IMG/VR virus record: IMGVR_UViG_3300036715_002711
Direction: 5' to 3' (one strand)
DNA: 64,000 bases
DNA from: an uncultured virus (IMG/VR IMGVR_UViG_3300036715_002711)
Taxonomy: Duplodnaviria; Heunggongvirae; Uroviricota; Caudoviricetes
Both the position numbers and the translations under genes were made by a program. Below the pieces are notes generated by a model. That model worked only from the letters and a program-made list of their open reading frames with translations. It did no database searches and was not told the DNA's origin. Below, piece by piece: positions 6,840 through 16,537 of the stretch. Every line of letters starts with the position of its first letter. Within the stretch, counting starts at the first letter, position 1.

Positions 6840-7272
6840 TACATCCTGTACCGCTTGGCGTCGTAAGCCTTGTCATAGAGGCCCACCTCCTTCACATGCT
6901 GTTGACGGTGTCAGCCATAGCGGGAGTCGTCATCGGCAGCTTCTGCTTCCACAGCTTCAGCCGGAACGGCAACGCAACGTTGTCAAAGACCGACATGTCA
7001 GGACGGTTGGCGTAGCGCTGGAAGACCATGACCGCGTCATCAGACGCTTCGGTGCACAGCTCGTTGTCGAGGTAGACGCCGCCGAGGGTAGGCGTCTTGA
7101 CGCCCACCGGCCTGACGCCGCCCAGCATCCGCAGCAGCGTGCTCTTGCCCGAGCCCGACCGGCCCATCAGGATGTTGATGCTTGGACCAACGAGCTCGAG
7201 GTTCAAGCCTGCCAGCACGTCCTTGCCTTCACCGTAGGATTGGCCTACGTCCTTGACGATGATGGTGGTCAC
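6840..7272 (-). pseudogene. ABC transporter ATPase (SsuB/TauB-like), frameshifted and truncated
   Basis: Walker A GRSGSGKST and VMVFQRY; frameshift near 6895 (continues KEVGLYDKA); no LSGGQ or Walker B. Confidence 0.85.
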
Positions 7273-7342
7273 TTGCTACCCTTGAAGTACTTGAACCAGA
7301 CGACCAGCAGGCTGATGATGAGTGCGATCTTGATGAACGTGT

Positions 7343-7615
7343 TCATTGGGTGCCTTCCCAGTGGTAGAGCTTGTTACGGAGGTAAGTCAGCGCCGTATGC
7401 GTGAGCAAAGCGAGGACCACAATGGTGATGATGCCGACAAAGACCTGATCCATGGCGCTGAAGCGGCGAGCGTTCTGGATCAGCTGACCGAGGCCGGTGC
7501 CTGCATTGACGTACTCAGCTACCGTGATGTAGGTCCACAGGATGGACGTGCTCACGATGACAGCGTCAAAGATGCGAGGAGCAGCGAGCGGCAGAACACC
7601 TTTGAGGATCGCCAC
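7343..7615 (-). pseudogene. ABC permease (SsuC-like) C-terminal fragment
   Basis: VLPLAAPRIF...WTYITVAEY...GLGQLIQNARRF; N-terminal half missing. Confidence 0.8.
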
Positions 7616-8601
7616 ACGACGTTGTTGAACAAGCTTTCGATGAAGCCTGCGCCCTTGTCGGAGGCCAGCTGCTTGAACAGCGGCTCGGTAGCGACCAAGG
7701 CCTGCACAGCGTTGGCGCGGTTTGCGCGGGCGGCCTTGACGCCTTCCATCCAGCCAGCGACGAACTTGCGGACCGCCTCACGGCCTTCAGGCTTGGTCAG
7801 CACCCGTTGATCGCAGACCATCACGTCGAAGATCAGGTTCTGGGCCGTCTTGGTGGAGTAGACCACGTGGCCGCCACTCTTCAGCGCCAGCACCAGGTCA
7901 GGGTCCCACAAGGCAGCGGCGTCCACCTTGCCGGACTCGAATGCGGCTCGGACACCACCAGTGCCTTCGTCGTCGTTGATGTACACGTACTGGACGGACT
8001 CGCGCTTGCGTGGCGTCAGCGAAGAGTTGGCCAGCGCGTCGATGGTCAGGCCGTGGGACGGCGTGAACTGCAGCAGGGCGATGCGCTTGCCGGCCAGGTC
8101 TTCGACCGTGCGGATGCTCGGGTCCTTGGCGATGATGGCGTCACCGCCTTGCGTGTTGTCCACGACCATGACAGCGCGGCCGTCAAAGCCAGCGTTGCGC
8201 ATGTTGGGCTGCTCTTGGGCCCAGAAGTCGGAGGTTCTCCAAGCGCAGTTGGACGTGCCGGAGCCGAAGGTCTGTGCCAGCGTCGGGACCGAGTCCTCGA
8301 TGACGAAGCTGACCTTGACGCCGAGACGGTCATAGATCGAGCCGCTCTGCGTTGTCAGAGAGTTGCCGTTGACGACCAAGCCGGGCGCATACCCGTGGAA
8401 GCTGACGAGGCTAACCTTGAGGGCGTCGGAGCTGACCTTGACGGGCGCTCCGGTGGCGACGGTAGCGTTGCCGCTTGAAGCCGAGCCGATGGGTGTACCT
8501 GCCGTAGGCGTCCGGTGATCGAGCCACCAGTTTGCGCCGTAGACGGCAGGGGCGAGAATCAAGGCCGCAATGATGAGGCGACCACCAAGTTTCAGTTTCA
8601 T
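7552..8601 (-). pseudogene. NMT1/THI5-like ABC substrate-binding protein, 3'-truncated
   Basis: GGDAIIAKDPSIRTVEDLAGKRIA, GKVDAAALWDP, IFDVMV; runs out of frame into the permease fragment near 7613. Confidence 0.8.
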
Positions 8602-8704
8602 GTTCGTCTTCCTTTCCCAGGATACAATCAACCTGTGGGCAGCCTAGCTCCTGCTAATAGCTAGGCGCTTCGTCGAACTGTGATTGAAGTCGTTTTATAC
8701 CGGC

Positions 8705-9727
8705 TTAACGGCGCAGGTAGCTGACGGTGGCGGGTTGAACTTGCACCGGCTGAGCGCCCAGCGATTGCAGGACGGTCTCCTTGGCGTTGCCCAGGAGCAA
8801 CGAGTCGGCTTTGTTCTCCCATTCTTGCAGGCGAGCCAGGGCCTCGGAGTTGGCCGTTGCGTCGGACAAATCCAGGCCTTCCAGGAAGGACTGCGACGTG
8901 TCCATGAAGTTCTCAATCTCGCCGATCTTCATGCCGTAGTCGTTGACCGCGAACTCCATGGCTTGATCGAACAGCTCGCGCTTGTCGCCGCCGCCGTTGA
9001 GGATGTCACGGACCGCGGTCATGGCGCCGTAGGCGGCCAGCATCGACTTGCGCTCGACCTCTTGGACGTCGACCTCGTTCTGCAGGTCCAGGATCGTGGC
9101 TTCGGCGGCCTCACGGTACTTGCCGAGCATGATCTTGAGGAATTCCATCTTCTTGAGGACGTCGTCGTAGCGCATGTTGGTCTTGGACAAGCGGTCAACC
9201 TGCTTGGCCTGGGTCATCGCCAAGACCTTCTTGCCGCCTTCGGTGGCGCCCTTGAAGGTGGTCAGCGCCGTATCGGCCGCTTGCGCGTTCTTCTTGATCG
9301 TTTCCTTGAGCGAGCGGATCTGGCCAGACAGGTTGTTCAGCCGATCATCAATGACGTTCATGCGCTTCTTGAGGTCCTCGATGTAAATGCGCATGATGCC
9401 GATCGGGTCGATCTCGACAATCCAGCCGGTTAGCTTGCGCATCACCAGCTTGAAGGCGTACCCGATCAAGGCGTGGACCTTGGGGTTGAGCGCGGTGAAG
9501 ACCACGAGGCTTGCGAGTGCGACCATGCCGCCGAGGACCATGCCCTTACCGACGATGCCGATGGCCGTGTCGAGGGTGCTGATGATCAGGTCGCCGAAGA
9601 TCTTGACAAGCGCGAAGCCGCCCAACGTCAGGGCGCCGATGGTGAAGATGCCGGTGGTGCCTTCAGGACGTTCCCAGAAGGACTTGCGCTCACCGTTGTT
9701 CTTGAAGGGGGATGCAGGCAGTGCCAT
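8705..9727 (-). CDS. membrane-anchored coiled-coil protein (PspA/IM30-like)
   Basis: Two TM helices, DPIGIM, then long heptad repeats. Confidence 0.7.
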   Translation of the reverse strand: MALPASPFKNNGERKSFWERPEGTTGIFTIGALTLGGFALVKIFGDLIISTLDTAIGIVGKGMVLGGMVALASLVVFTALNPKVHALIGYAFKLVMRKLTGWIVEIDPIGIMRIYIEDLKKRMNVIDDRLNNLSGQIRSLKETIKKNAQAADTALTTFKGATEGGKKVLAMTQAKQVDRLSKTNMRYDDVLKKMEFLKIMLGKYREAAEATILDLQNEVDVQEVERKSMLAAYGAMTAVRDILNGGGDKRELFDQAMEFAVNDYGMKIGEIENFMDTSQSFLEGLDLSDATANSEALARLQEWENKADSLLLGNAKETVLQSLGAQPVQVQPATVSYLRR

Positions 9728-9735
9728 GATGTTCC

Positions 9736-10389
9736 TTAGTGCTTTGCGCCGATGACGCCGATGACAGAGTCGCGCGTGGTTTCGATGTAGTACTGGACGC
9801 TCGAGAAGGTCTGCTCGAAGTTGGCAGCCTGAGTGTCCAACTCTGCGGCAGCGCGGTCAGCGTCTTGGTGAAGCTGTTGGGCCTGAGCCGTGAGGGTAGC
9901 GATGCTGGCTTGCAACCGCTCGATCTCAGCCTGAGCCGCCAAAGCTTGCGTTTCGGTGCTTTGAGCACGAGCTCGAACAGCATCGACTTCGCTTGCACGA
10001 GCGATGGTCAGCTCGCGATCAAAGGTGTTGCGCTGGTTGTTGAGGTCAGCGATGTGTGCAGCGGCCGCTTGGGTGACGGCGTCAACCGTGACATTGGCTG
10101 TGACTGCAGCCGCCGCTTGAATGCGCTGCCGGTCATCGGGAATCACGGCCCGCAGCTTCTCGGACTGCTCGATCAAGCCGGTCAACACCGTTTTGCGGTT
10201 GAGCGTGGCTGCGGTCAGCGAAGCGTGCAACGCAGCATCAATGGCAGCTGGCGCAGGAGCCGAAACCCCTGACACAATGGAGGCGCCGGCGGGTAGGGTC
10301 TTGAGGAGGGTGGCAGGCGGTTGGCCTGGTTTCGGAGGGCCTTCGTCAACCTCGACGAAGGCCCTCGCGAGCTTTTTGAGAAATGACAT
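9736..10389 (-). CDS. coiled-coil hypothetical protein
   Basis: 217 aa, Ala/Gln-rich helix; promoter TTTACT-N18-TACAAT at 10430-10459. Confidence 0.8.
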   Translation of the reverse strand: MSFLKKLARAFVEVDEGPPKPGQPPATLLKTLPAGASIVSGVSAPAPAAIDAALHASLTAATLNRKTVLTGLIEQSEKLRAVIPDDRQRIQAAAAVTANVTVDAVTQAAAAHIADLNNQRNTFDRELTIARASEVDAVRARAQSTETQALAAQAEIERLQASIATLTAQAQQLHQDADRAAAELDTQAANFEQTFSSVQYYIETTRDSVIGVIGAKH

Positions 10390-10468
10390 GTGGGCTTCCT
10401 TTCCACTCGAGCATATGCTCGCAGAAAGGATTGTATCACCGATGCCTACAAAAAGTAAACCAGTTTTG

Positions 10469-12568
10469 CTACAACATGACAGGAACGCCGATCTGGACCA
10501 GCATCTTCGTCGAAGAAAGCGCTGTTCCGACCTGCTGAACTAACGATCCAGTTGTCGAGTAAACAGTCGATGTTACCGCTCCCGCGGTTGTCGACAGGTA
10601 GACAGACCCGACGGTCAAGCCGGTCAAGTAAGGGTTCTCACCAGACAAGTAAACCACCACAGTGTCGGAGCTTGCGTAGTCCTCCATCACGAAGCCGGTT
10701 GCTTCGTACGGTGCATAAGCGTCAGCAGGCCTGACGCTTGCCATACCTGACGCGTTGTAGACCTGCACGAATTGACCTGCTGACAACGCCGTTGACGCTG
10801 TAGCGCGCACAGATGGTCCAACGGCCCATGCTTGCGGGATGCCGTAATTTGAAACAGTGGTAATAGCAGAATCGGGAGTACCTTGGAGCCACAAGTCGCC
10901 CGTCCAGATCACAGTCTCTGATGCAAGGCCTTTGGCCAAGAACGACAGCGTATGGTTTGTGCCCCCATCGCTTGTAAGCGTATACCGAACCTTCATAGCA
11001 CCGGTAGCCGAAGCGCCATTGCCGCCGATGCGCTTGAACAGCAAATCTGAGATTCGATTCGAGCTATTGCAAGTAACCGCACCTTGAATCTCCCAAATCA
11101 CCGAGTTCGCCGAACCGAGGGAGCTAGCTTGCAATACGCCACGCACAGTGAATGAGCAGCAATCAGCTATTGAAATTGCAGAGATCGTAGTTTCAGTTGC
11201 GTTGATTGTATCAGTAGAGATGCGCTCTAGAATGGTAGATGTATAATGACCTGTGCTGCCTGAAACAGAAGGCTTAGCACCCAACACAACTGTACCTTCA
11301 TTGCGAGCGGAATAACCGTTTGACGCCAATGATACGGCAAACTTAACACCTGTTGCAACTCGAGTGATTGAACCAATGGCAATAGAGCTGTCACCAGCTG
11401 CGTCAGCGCCATCACCGATGGCAACAGCATAACCTAAAGCCTGAGAAAATCCGCCGATGGCGATTCCATTGGTACCTGCTACCTTCGAATAGTCACCAAT
11501 TGCAATGCTGCTGGAATGCGTGCCAAAGTCACGAGCACCAGATCCTAGTGCAATCGAGCCACCATCAGCATAACTACCATATACGAGCGGATTTAGCAAC
11601 GCGGACCAATCGACACCAGCGCTATGTCGCTTATAAGCGCTATGCGTATATGATGGAGAAGAGGTCTCTGCAGGCCACGTCCAGACTGGCGCAAATGAAG
11701 CTGAATTGGTTAAAGTAATCTCGATGCCTAAGCTGTCGTTAAACGGCGGAGTAAAAATGATATCAGCAATTCCCAGCGTGCCATTAGTACCGGTTGACGT
11801 AATACTGACGGGTGAACCGCCTGGCGAAGCTGATACTTTTATCGTGTCTGACCCTGCAAAACCGTCACCTTGGGTAAAATCAACCACCCAGTACACTGTG
11901 CTGGTGGAAAGGCCAGCTGGCATCGTAGCGCCAGTACCTCTAAGCCTAAACTTAACAACAGAGCCAACTGCTGGGGCTGGGCCACCTGGCAGACCAATCT
12001 TTTCTGTTGACGTAGAAACATATGCTGCTTCAAGAAAGCCGTAATCTGATAAACGCGTCGCCCACATGCAATAGAATTTCATGCCTGCATGAATTTCGCG
12101 CGTGCCTGGCCAGTCAGGATGCCTTGTGATCGGCACAGCTGATAAAACGGAAGTTGAGCCTAGGACATAAAGTCCTTCATAGCCTCCATCTGTGTGAATG
12201 TATACAGTTTGACCAGTGACTGCACCTCCAGTAGCACCCACATTAAAGATATCAGCGCTACAATTAAGGGTGCTGCCCGTTTTGTCGAAGACAGTTATCG
12301 CAAAACCGTCTTCGATATACCAGTCAACAGGATAGCTGTCGTCTGAGGGCGCAGAGCTGCCACCTCCGCCAGCTCCCAACGTTGTCCAAGCGCTGCCGTT
12401 GTTGTACTCAACGCCGGGCGTGTCGCTGTTATAGCGGAGCAAGCCGGCATTGTTTGACGGCCGCTGAGCAGTAGTCCCCACCGGGAGCCATAGTGCACCA
12501 GTCGTGTTGACCTTGATGTATGACTGCTGGTGAGGGGTAATTGACTCCTGGTCAGAATCAAAGTCCAT
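10469..12568 (-). CDS. virion fibre/adhesin with YadA-head-like repeats
   Basis: SIALG/SIAIG/GIAIG/AVAIG repeats; N-terminal LPVGTTAQRP motif. Confidence 0.8.
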   Translation of the reverse strand: MDFDSDQESITPHQQSYIKVNTTGALWLPVGTTAQRPSNNAGLLRYNSDTPGVEYNNGSAWTTLGAGGGGSSAPSDDSYPVDWYIEDGFAITVFDKTGSTLNCSADIFNVGATGGAVTGQTVYIHTDGGYEGLYVLGSTSVLSAVPITRHPDWPGTREIHAGMKFYCMWATRLSDYGFLEAAYVSTSTEKIGLPGGPAPAVGSVVKFRLRGTGATMPAGLSTSTVYWVVDFTQGDGFAGSDTIKVSASPGGSPVSITSTGTNGTLGIADIIFTPPFNDSLGIEITLTNSASFAPVWTWPAETSSPSYTHSAYKRHSAGVDWSALLNPLVYGSYADGGSIALGSGARDFGTHSSSIAIGDYSKVAGTNGIAIGGFSQALGYAVAIGDGADAAGDSSIAIGSITRVATGVKFAVSLASNGYSARNEGTVVLGAKPSVSGSTGHYTSTILERISTDTINATETTISAISIADCCSFTVRGVLQASSLGSANSVIWEIQGAVTCNSSNRISDLLFKRIGGNGASATGAMKVRYTLTSDGGTNHTLSFLAKGLASETVIWTGDLWLQGTPDSAITTVSNYGIPQAWAVGPSVRATASTALSAGQFVQVYNASGMASVRPADAYAPYEATGFVMEDYASSDTVVVYLSGENPYLTGLTVGSVYLSTTAGAVTSTVYSTTGSLVQQVGTALSSTKMLVQIGVPVML

Positions 12569-12577
12569 GGGACCCTA

Positions 12578-15271
12578 TCAGTTCGTGATTTCGGTGGTGG
12601 TAGCCGTTGCAACCCAGCGGATGGTCTTGGAAGCTTCGCCCGTCACCGTGATGATCATGGCGCCGTTGGACGTGTCGGCCGTAACCGTTGCGTCCCACGC
12701 CGTGTTTGTCTCAGCGATCACTGTCTTCGACACGCTGCCGATGAGGGCGGTGGTCGATGCGTTAGCGTCGCGCTTGATCACACCTTGGAAGCGGTAGCCT
12801 GCCGAGCCGCCTGTTGCATCAGTCCGACGGCCGCCGACAACGATGTCAAAGACGAAAACCGAGTTGTTCGGCAACGCGAGACGAGTTGAAGAGCCGTTGA
12901 GGAAGAGCTCAGTTGCGGTTGCATTCGAGGTGTTGTTACGCAGTACGTAGAGGCCATTCTGAGCGTCACCTGCTGTAGCAAACTTGCCTTGAGCGAAGAC
13001 CTGACCGCCAGCGATACGCGAGTCAGTGCCGTCACCGATAGCCGTTGCGGCTGCGGCGGTCGCCGAAGCACCCGAACCGATAGCCACAGCGTTGGTGCCG
13101 CCGGCCGTTGGAGCGGTAGGCGAAGAGGCATTTTCCTTGTACAGCTGCAAGAAGGACAGGTCAGCTTGCACCAGGGCTCGGAAGGACGGTTGACCGGTCG
13201 AACCGTTCGGTGCAGCAAAGACCTTGTTGGTGGTCTGTGTTTGCAGCGTGAACGTCAGGGTGCCGGTGGTCGTGACAGGCGAGCCGGTGACCGTATAGAT
13301 CGGCGCGGTCGAAGCGTCAGACAGCGCAACCGACGTGACGCCGGTGTTGCTGACCGTGACAGCGCCAGTTGCGCCCGATACCGAGATGCCTGTACCTGCA
13401 ACGATCGAAGTCGCGCCGGTGTTAGCGATGGTAATAGCGCCGTTACCTTGCGTGACAGACACGCCCGTACCAGCTGTGACAACTTGGTTGGTCGAGTACC
13501 ACTGCGTAGTCGAAGCCGAGAAGAAGCTGACCTCACCGTTGACAGGCACCGCGATGCCTGCATTGGTAGCAGCGCCGTCGATGGCAGCGCCCGAAGCGGG
13601 GTAAACAACCAGCGGGTTAGCGCCACGGTTGACGATCGTAACTTCACGTCCGAACGGCGTAGCGGCCGTTGGCAGCACAACGCCTGTGCCCGAAGCAGTT
13701 GTTGTAACAGCGTTGTAATCAGATGTCAGCGCGGTGCCAGTACCTTGGTTTGTACCAGCGGCAGTGACGGTAGCAGAGATCGACTTCGACAGAGAGGTCG
13801 TGACACGCACTTCGCCTGGTGCTACGAAAGTAGACGGGGTGGACAGCGTAATCGAGCCGGTCGATGCAGAGGCTGTGATCTGGTTGGCGGTGCCAGCCAG
13901 AGCCGTGACGCCCGTGTTCGTGATCGTGACAGCGCCGGTTGCGCCTGAGACGCTGATAGCGGTACCTGCAACAGCGGAGGTTACGCCGGTGTTATTGATG
14001 GTGATCGAGTTAGCAGCGTGAGCAACTGAAACAGCCGTGCCAGCGGTGATCGTCTTGTATTCCAGGCCGGTTGCGCCGTTGTTTGCGCCGAGAACCTGGT
14101 TAGCTGTACCGATCGAGCTCAAACCGGTGCCGCCAATGGAGGTAGCGATTGGCGAAGTGATCGAGAACTGCGTGCCGGTCAGGGTCAGGCCCGTACCAGC
14201 CGTGTAGGTGCCTGCACCCGAGAACTGAACGAAAGTGATCGACGTTATGTTGAGAGTGCCGCCTTGGTTAGACGTGCAAACCCAGCCGGTGTCTGCGTTA
14301 GCGGTGCCTTCCTCAGCGAAGACGAAGCCACCTGGGATCTCAGACCATGCGTCAAAGTCAACGGCGCGAGTGGGCGCGCCAGAGCTGTTGACCGTGTAGA
14401 TACCGTTTTCAAGAGCAGATGCTTGGTTCTTGATCAGGATTCGGTCATTGGTAGCCAGCGTGACGCCGTCCACCGTAGAGCCGTTGGCGAAGGAGGACGC
14501 CAGGGTACCTGCTGCGGTAGTAGCAACGCGGACAGAGCCCTTCGGGTCCAGACCTTGCGCGATCGAGTCAACGTATGCCTTAGATGCAGCAGCCGTTGCG
14601 CCCGACGGTGTAGATGGGAGGCCGAGAACTTCACCGCCGCCTGAGAAGGTCAGGTTAGCGGTCGAAGTCATCGAGTCGCCGGCTTTGTTGACAGGCGTGT
14701 AGCCGAGAGCCGTCGTAATGTCTGACGAGCCCACAGAGGCGGTGGCGGTGACGCGACCGAAGGTGTCGGTGGTGATCTTGACAAACTGACCCGTAACAGC
14801 GGAGCCAGCGGTTGCCAGGTTGATCGTTGGGTTGCCTGAGACACCGTCGCCATTCGTTACGACGATGTTAGAGGCCGTGCCCGTGATAGTACGAGCAGAG
14901 TACGTGCCCGAACCAGTACGCGAGATGACGCCGTTGGCAGCGAGGCCCGACAAACCTTGCAGCTCAGTGCCGAGGGTCAGCGTGATCGTGCCCGATGTCG
15001 TGATCGGGGAGCCTGAAACGCCCAGGCCGGTTGAGCCCGAAACTGCTACGGAAGTAACAGAGCCTGAGCCTGAGCCGAGGGCAACCCAGGTTGAACCGCT
15101 CCAGTACTCGATGACGGTGTTATCGGTGTTCCAACGGAAAAAGCCCGGTGTAGGCGAGCCTGGACGTTGGGCAACCGTACCCGACGGCAAACCGAGCGCA
15201 CCTACTGCGCCGACGATCAGCGAGGTAGTTTGTGTTGGGGTAATTGTCTCGGTTAGAAAGTCAAAATCCAT
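12578..15271 (-). CDS. long tail-fibre-like virion protein
   Basis: Thr/Gly/Ser-rich; VTITNTGVTS repeats; LDPKGSVRVAT..DRILIKNQ..ENGIY fibre module; GGAGG RBS before MDFDFL. Confidence 0.85.
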   Translation of the reverse strand: MDFDFLTETITPTQTTSLIVGAVGALGLPSGTVAQRPGSPTPGFFRWNTDNTVIEYWSGSTWVALGSGSGSVTSVAVSGSTGLGVSGSPITTSGTITLTLGTELQGLSGLAANGVISRTGSGTYSARTITGTASNIVVTNGDGVSGNPTINLATAGSAVTGQFVKITTDTFGRVTATASVGSSDITTALGYTPVNKAGDSMTSTANLTFSGGGEVLGLPSTPSGATAAASKAYVDSIAQGLDPKGSVRVATTAAGTLASSFANGSTVDGVTLATNDRILIKNQASALENGIYTVNSSGAPTRAVDFDAWSEIPGGFVFAEEGTANADTGWVCTSNQGGTLNITSITFVQFSGAGTYTAGTGLTLTGTQFSITSPIATSIGGTGLSSIGTANQVLGANNGATGLEYKTITAGTAVSVAHAANSITINNTGVTSAVAGTAISVSGATGAVTITNTGVTALAGTANQITASASTGSITLSTPSTFVAPGEVRVTTSLSKSISATVTAAGTNQGTGTALTSDYNAVTTTASGTGVVLPTAATPFGREVTIVNRGANPLVVYPASGAAIDGAATNAGIAVPVNGEVSFFSASTTQWYSTNQVVTAGTGVSVTQGNGAITIANTGATSIVAGTGISVSGATGAVTVSNTGVTSVALSDASTAPIYTVTGSPVTTTGTLTFTLQTQTTNKVFAAPNGSTGQPSFRALVQADLSFLQLYKENASSPTAPTAGGTNAVAIGSGASATAAAATAIGDGTDSRIAGGQVFAQGKFATAGDAQNGLYVLRNNTSNATATELFLNGSSTRLALPNNSVFVFDIVVGGRRTDATGGSAGYRFQGVIKRDANASTTALIGSVSKTVIAETNTAWDATVTADTSNGAMIITVTGEASKTIRWVATATTTEITN

Positions 15272-15272
15272 G

Positions 15273-16535
15273 TCATCCTCCAACCTCAACGGTTGTTACT
15301 TTTGCAACCCAACGTACGGTTTGGCCTGTGTTGCCTTTGGCTCTGATTCTGAGAACGCCGTTCAATGTCTCAACGGTGACGTCAGCGTCCCACGTTGTAT
15401 CATCTTTAGCGATTGTCGTCTTATTTAGGTTCAATAGGCGCAAGGTGCCCGACGTAGCGTCCTTTCGGAGCGAACCTCGCCACTCATAGGTGGCAGACTG
15501 GCTTGTGCCGGTCCGATGACCAGCGAGCAGGATGTAGAACGCCCAGGTCTTGTTAGCCGGAATGATCAAGCGATCGGACGAGCCATCGAGGTAAAGCTCG
15601 ACCAAGGTGTTGGATGATGAGACATTGCGCAAAATGTAGGTAGCCGCTTGGGCGTCTCCTGCAGTTGCAAAGCTGCCTGAAGCGTAGGCGATTTGACCTG
15701 CCAGGTAAGCATAAGCTGAGTCACCGATAGCCAGCGAGTTCGAGCCAGCTGCAAGCGGCGACGTGAAGGTAGTTGCGTTCTCGTTAATGAGCTGAGCAAC
15801 CCCCATCGGGCCTGTTGGGCCTTGAATACCTTGCAAGCCTTGAACACCTTGCAAGCCAGTTTGGCCGGTCGGTCCTGTAGGGCCACCGACGCCTTGGATA
15901 CCTTGAATGCCTTGAGGACCGGTCGGACCTGTTACGCCCGGTCCTGTAGGGCCAGTCGGGCCGCCGATACCCTGTGCGCCGGTTGGGCCAGTAACGCTGC
16001 CGCCACCACCTGCAAACCCCTTGCTGCCTATGTACCGATAGCCCCGAATGTAAACGCCGTTGCTCCACTGTGCATTGGCTGTTGGCAGGGTAGTAGGGAA
16101 GTTCAGCGCGCCTGCCTGATAGTCAAAGACCCACTCTTCGTTAGACGTACCCGGGAAGATCTGGCTGCCTGTAGTTTGCGGGTCACCGAGGAAGACCTCA
16201 ACCGCATAGTTAGAGCCAAAGACCGGCGGCACCCAATCGGTTAAGTCTGTCAACCATGTCGGGCGAACGCCTGGGCCACCGGATGTAGCATCGGCTGTGC
16301 AGGCAACCCGACTTGCACCCTTGTAGACCTGCACGGTCGACGTGGTGCTGGCTGGAGGCGTCGTCGGGATATCCGTCGTAGTCGTTTGAGCCCAAATCTG
16401 CGTAGCGTAGACTGGCAGCGGGCTTGAAATAGTCTCATTATTGCCCGCCTTGGCAACGTCCGTGTCCGACTTCGTTGTGCCGAACAGGACTTTTTTCCAC
16501 AGGAAGTCAATCTTTGCTGATGAGGAAATTGTCAT
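15273..16535 (-). CDS. collagen-like virion protein
   Basis: GPT/GxQ triplets; C-terminal domain shared with 12578-15271. Confidence 0.85.
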   Translation of the reverse strand: MTISSSAKIDFLWKKVLFGTTKSDTDVAKAGNNETISSPLPVYATQIWAQTTTTDIPTTPPASTTSTVQVYKGASRVACTADATSGGPGVRPTWLTDLTDWVPPVFGSNYAVEVFLGDPQTTGSQIFPGTSNEEWVFDYQAGALNFPTTLPTANAQWSNGVYIRGYRYIGSKGFAGGGGSVTGPTGAQGIGGPTGPTGPGVTGPTGPQGIQGIQGVGGPTGPTGQTGLQGVQGLQGIQGPTGPMGVAQLINENATTFTSPLAAGSNSLAIGDSAYAYLAGQIAYASGSFATAGDAQAATYILRNVSSSNTLVELYLDGSSDRLIIPANKTWAFYILLAGHRTGTSQSATYEWRGSLRKDATSGTLRLLNLNKTTIAKDDTTWDADVTVETLNGVLRIRAKGNTGQTVRWVAKVTTVEVGG

Positions 16536-16537
16536 GG

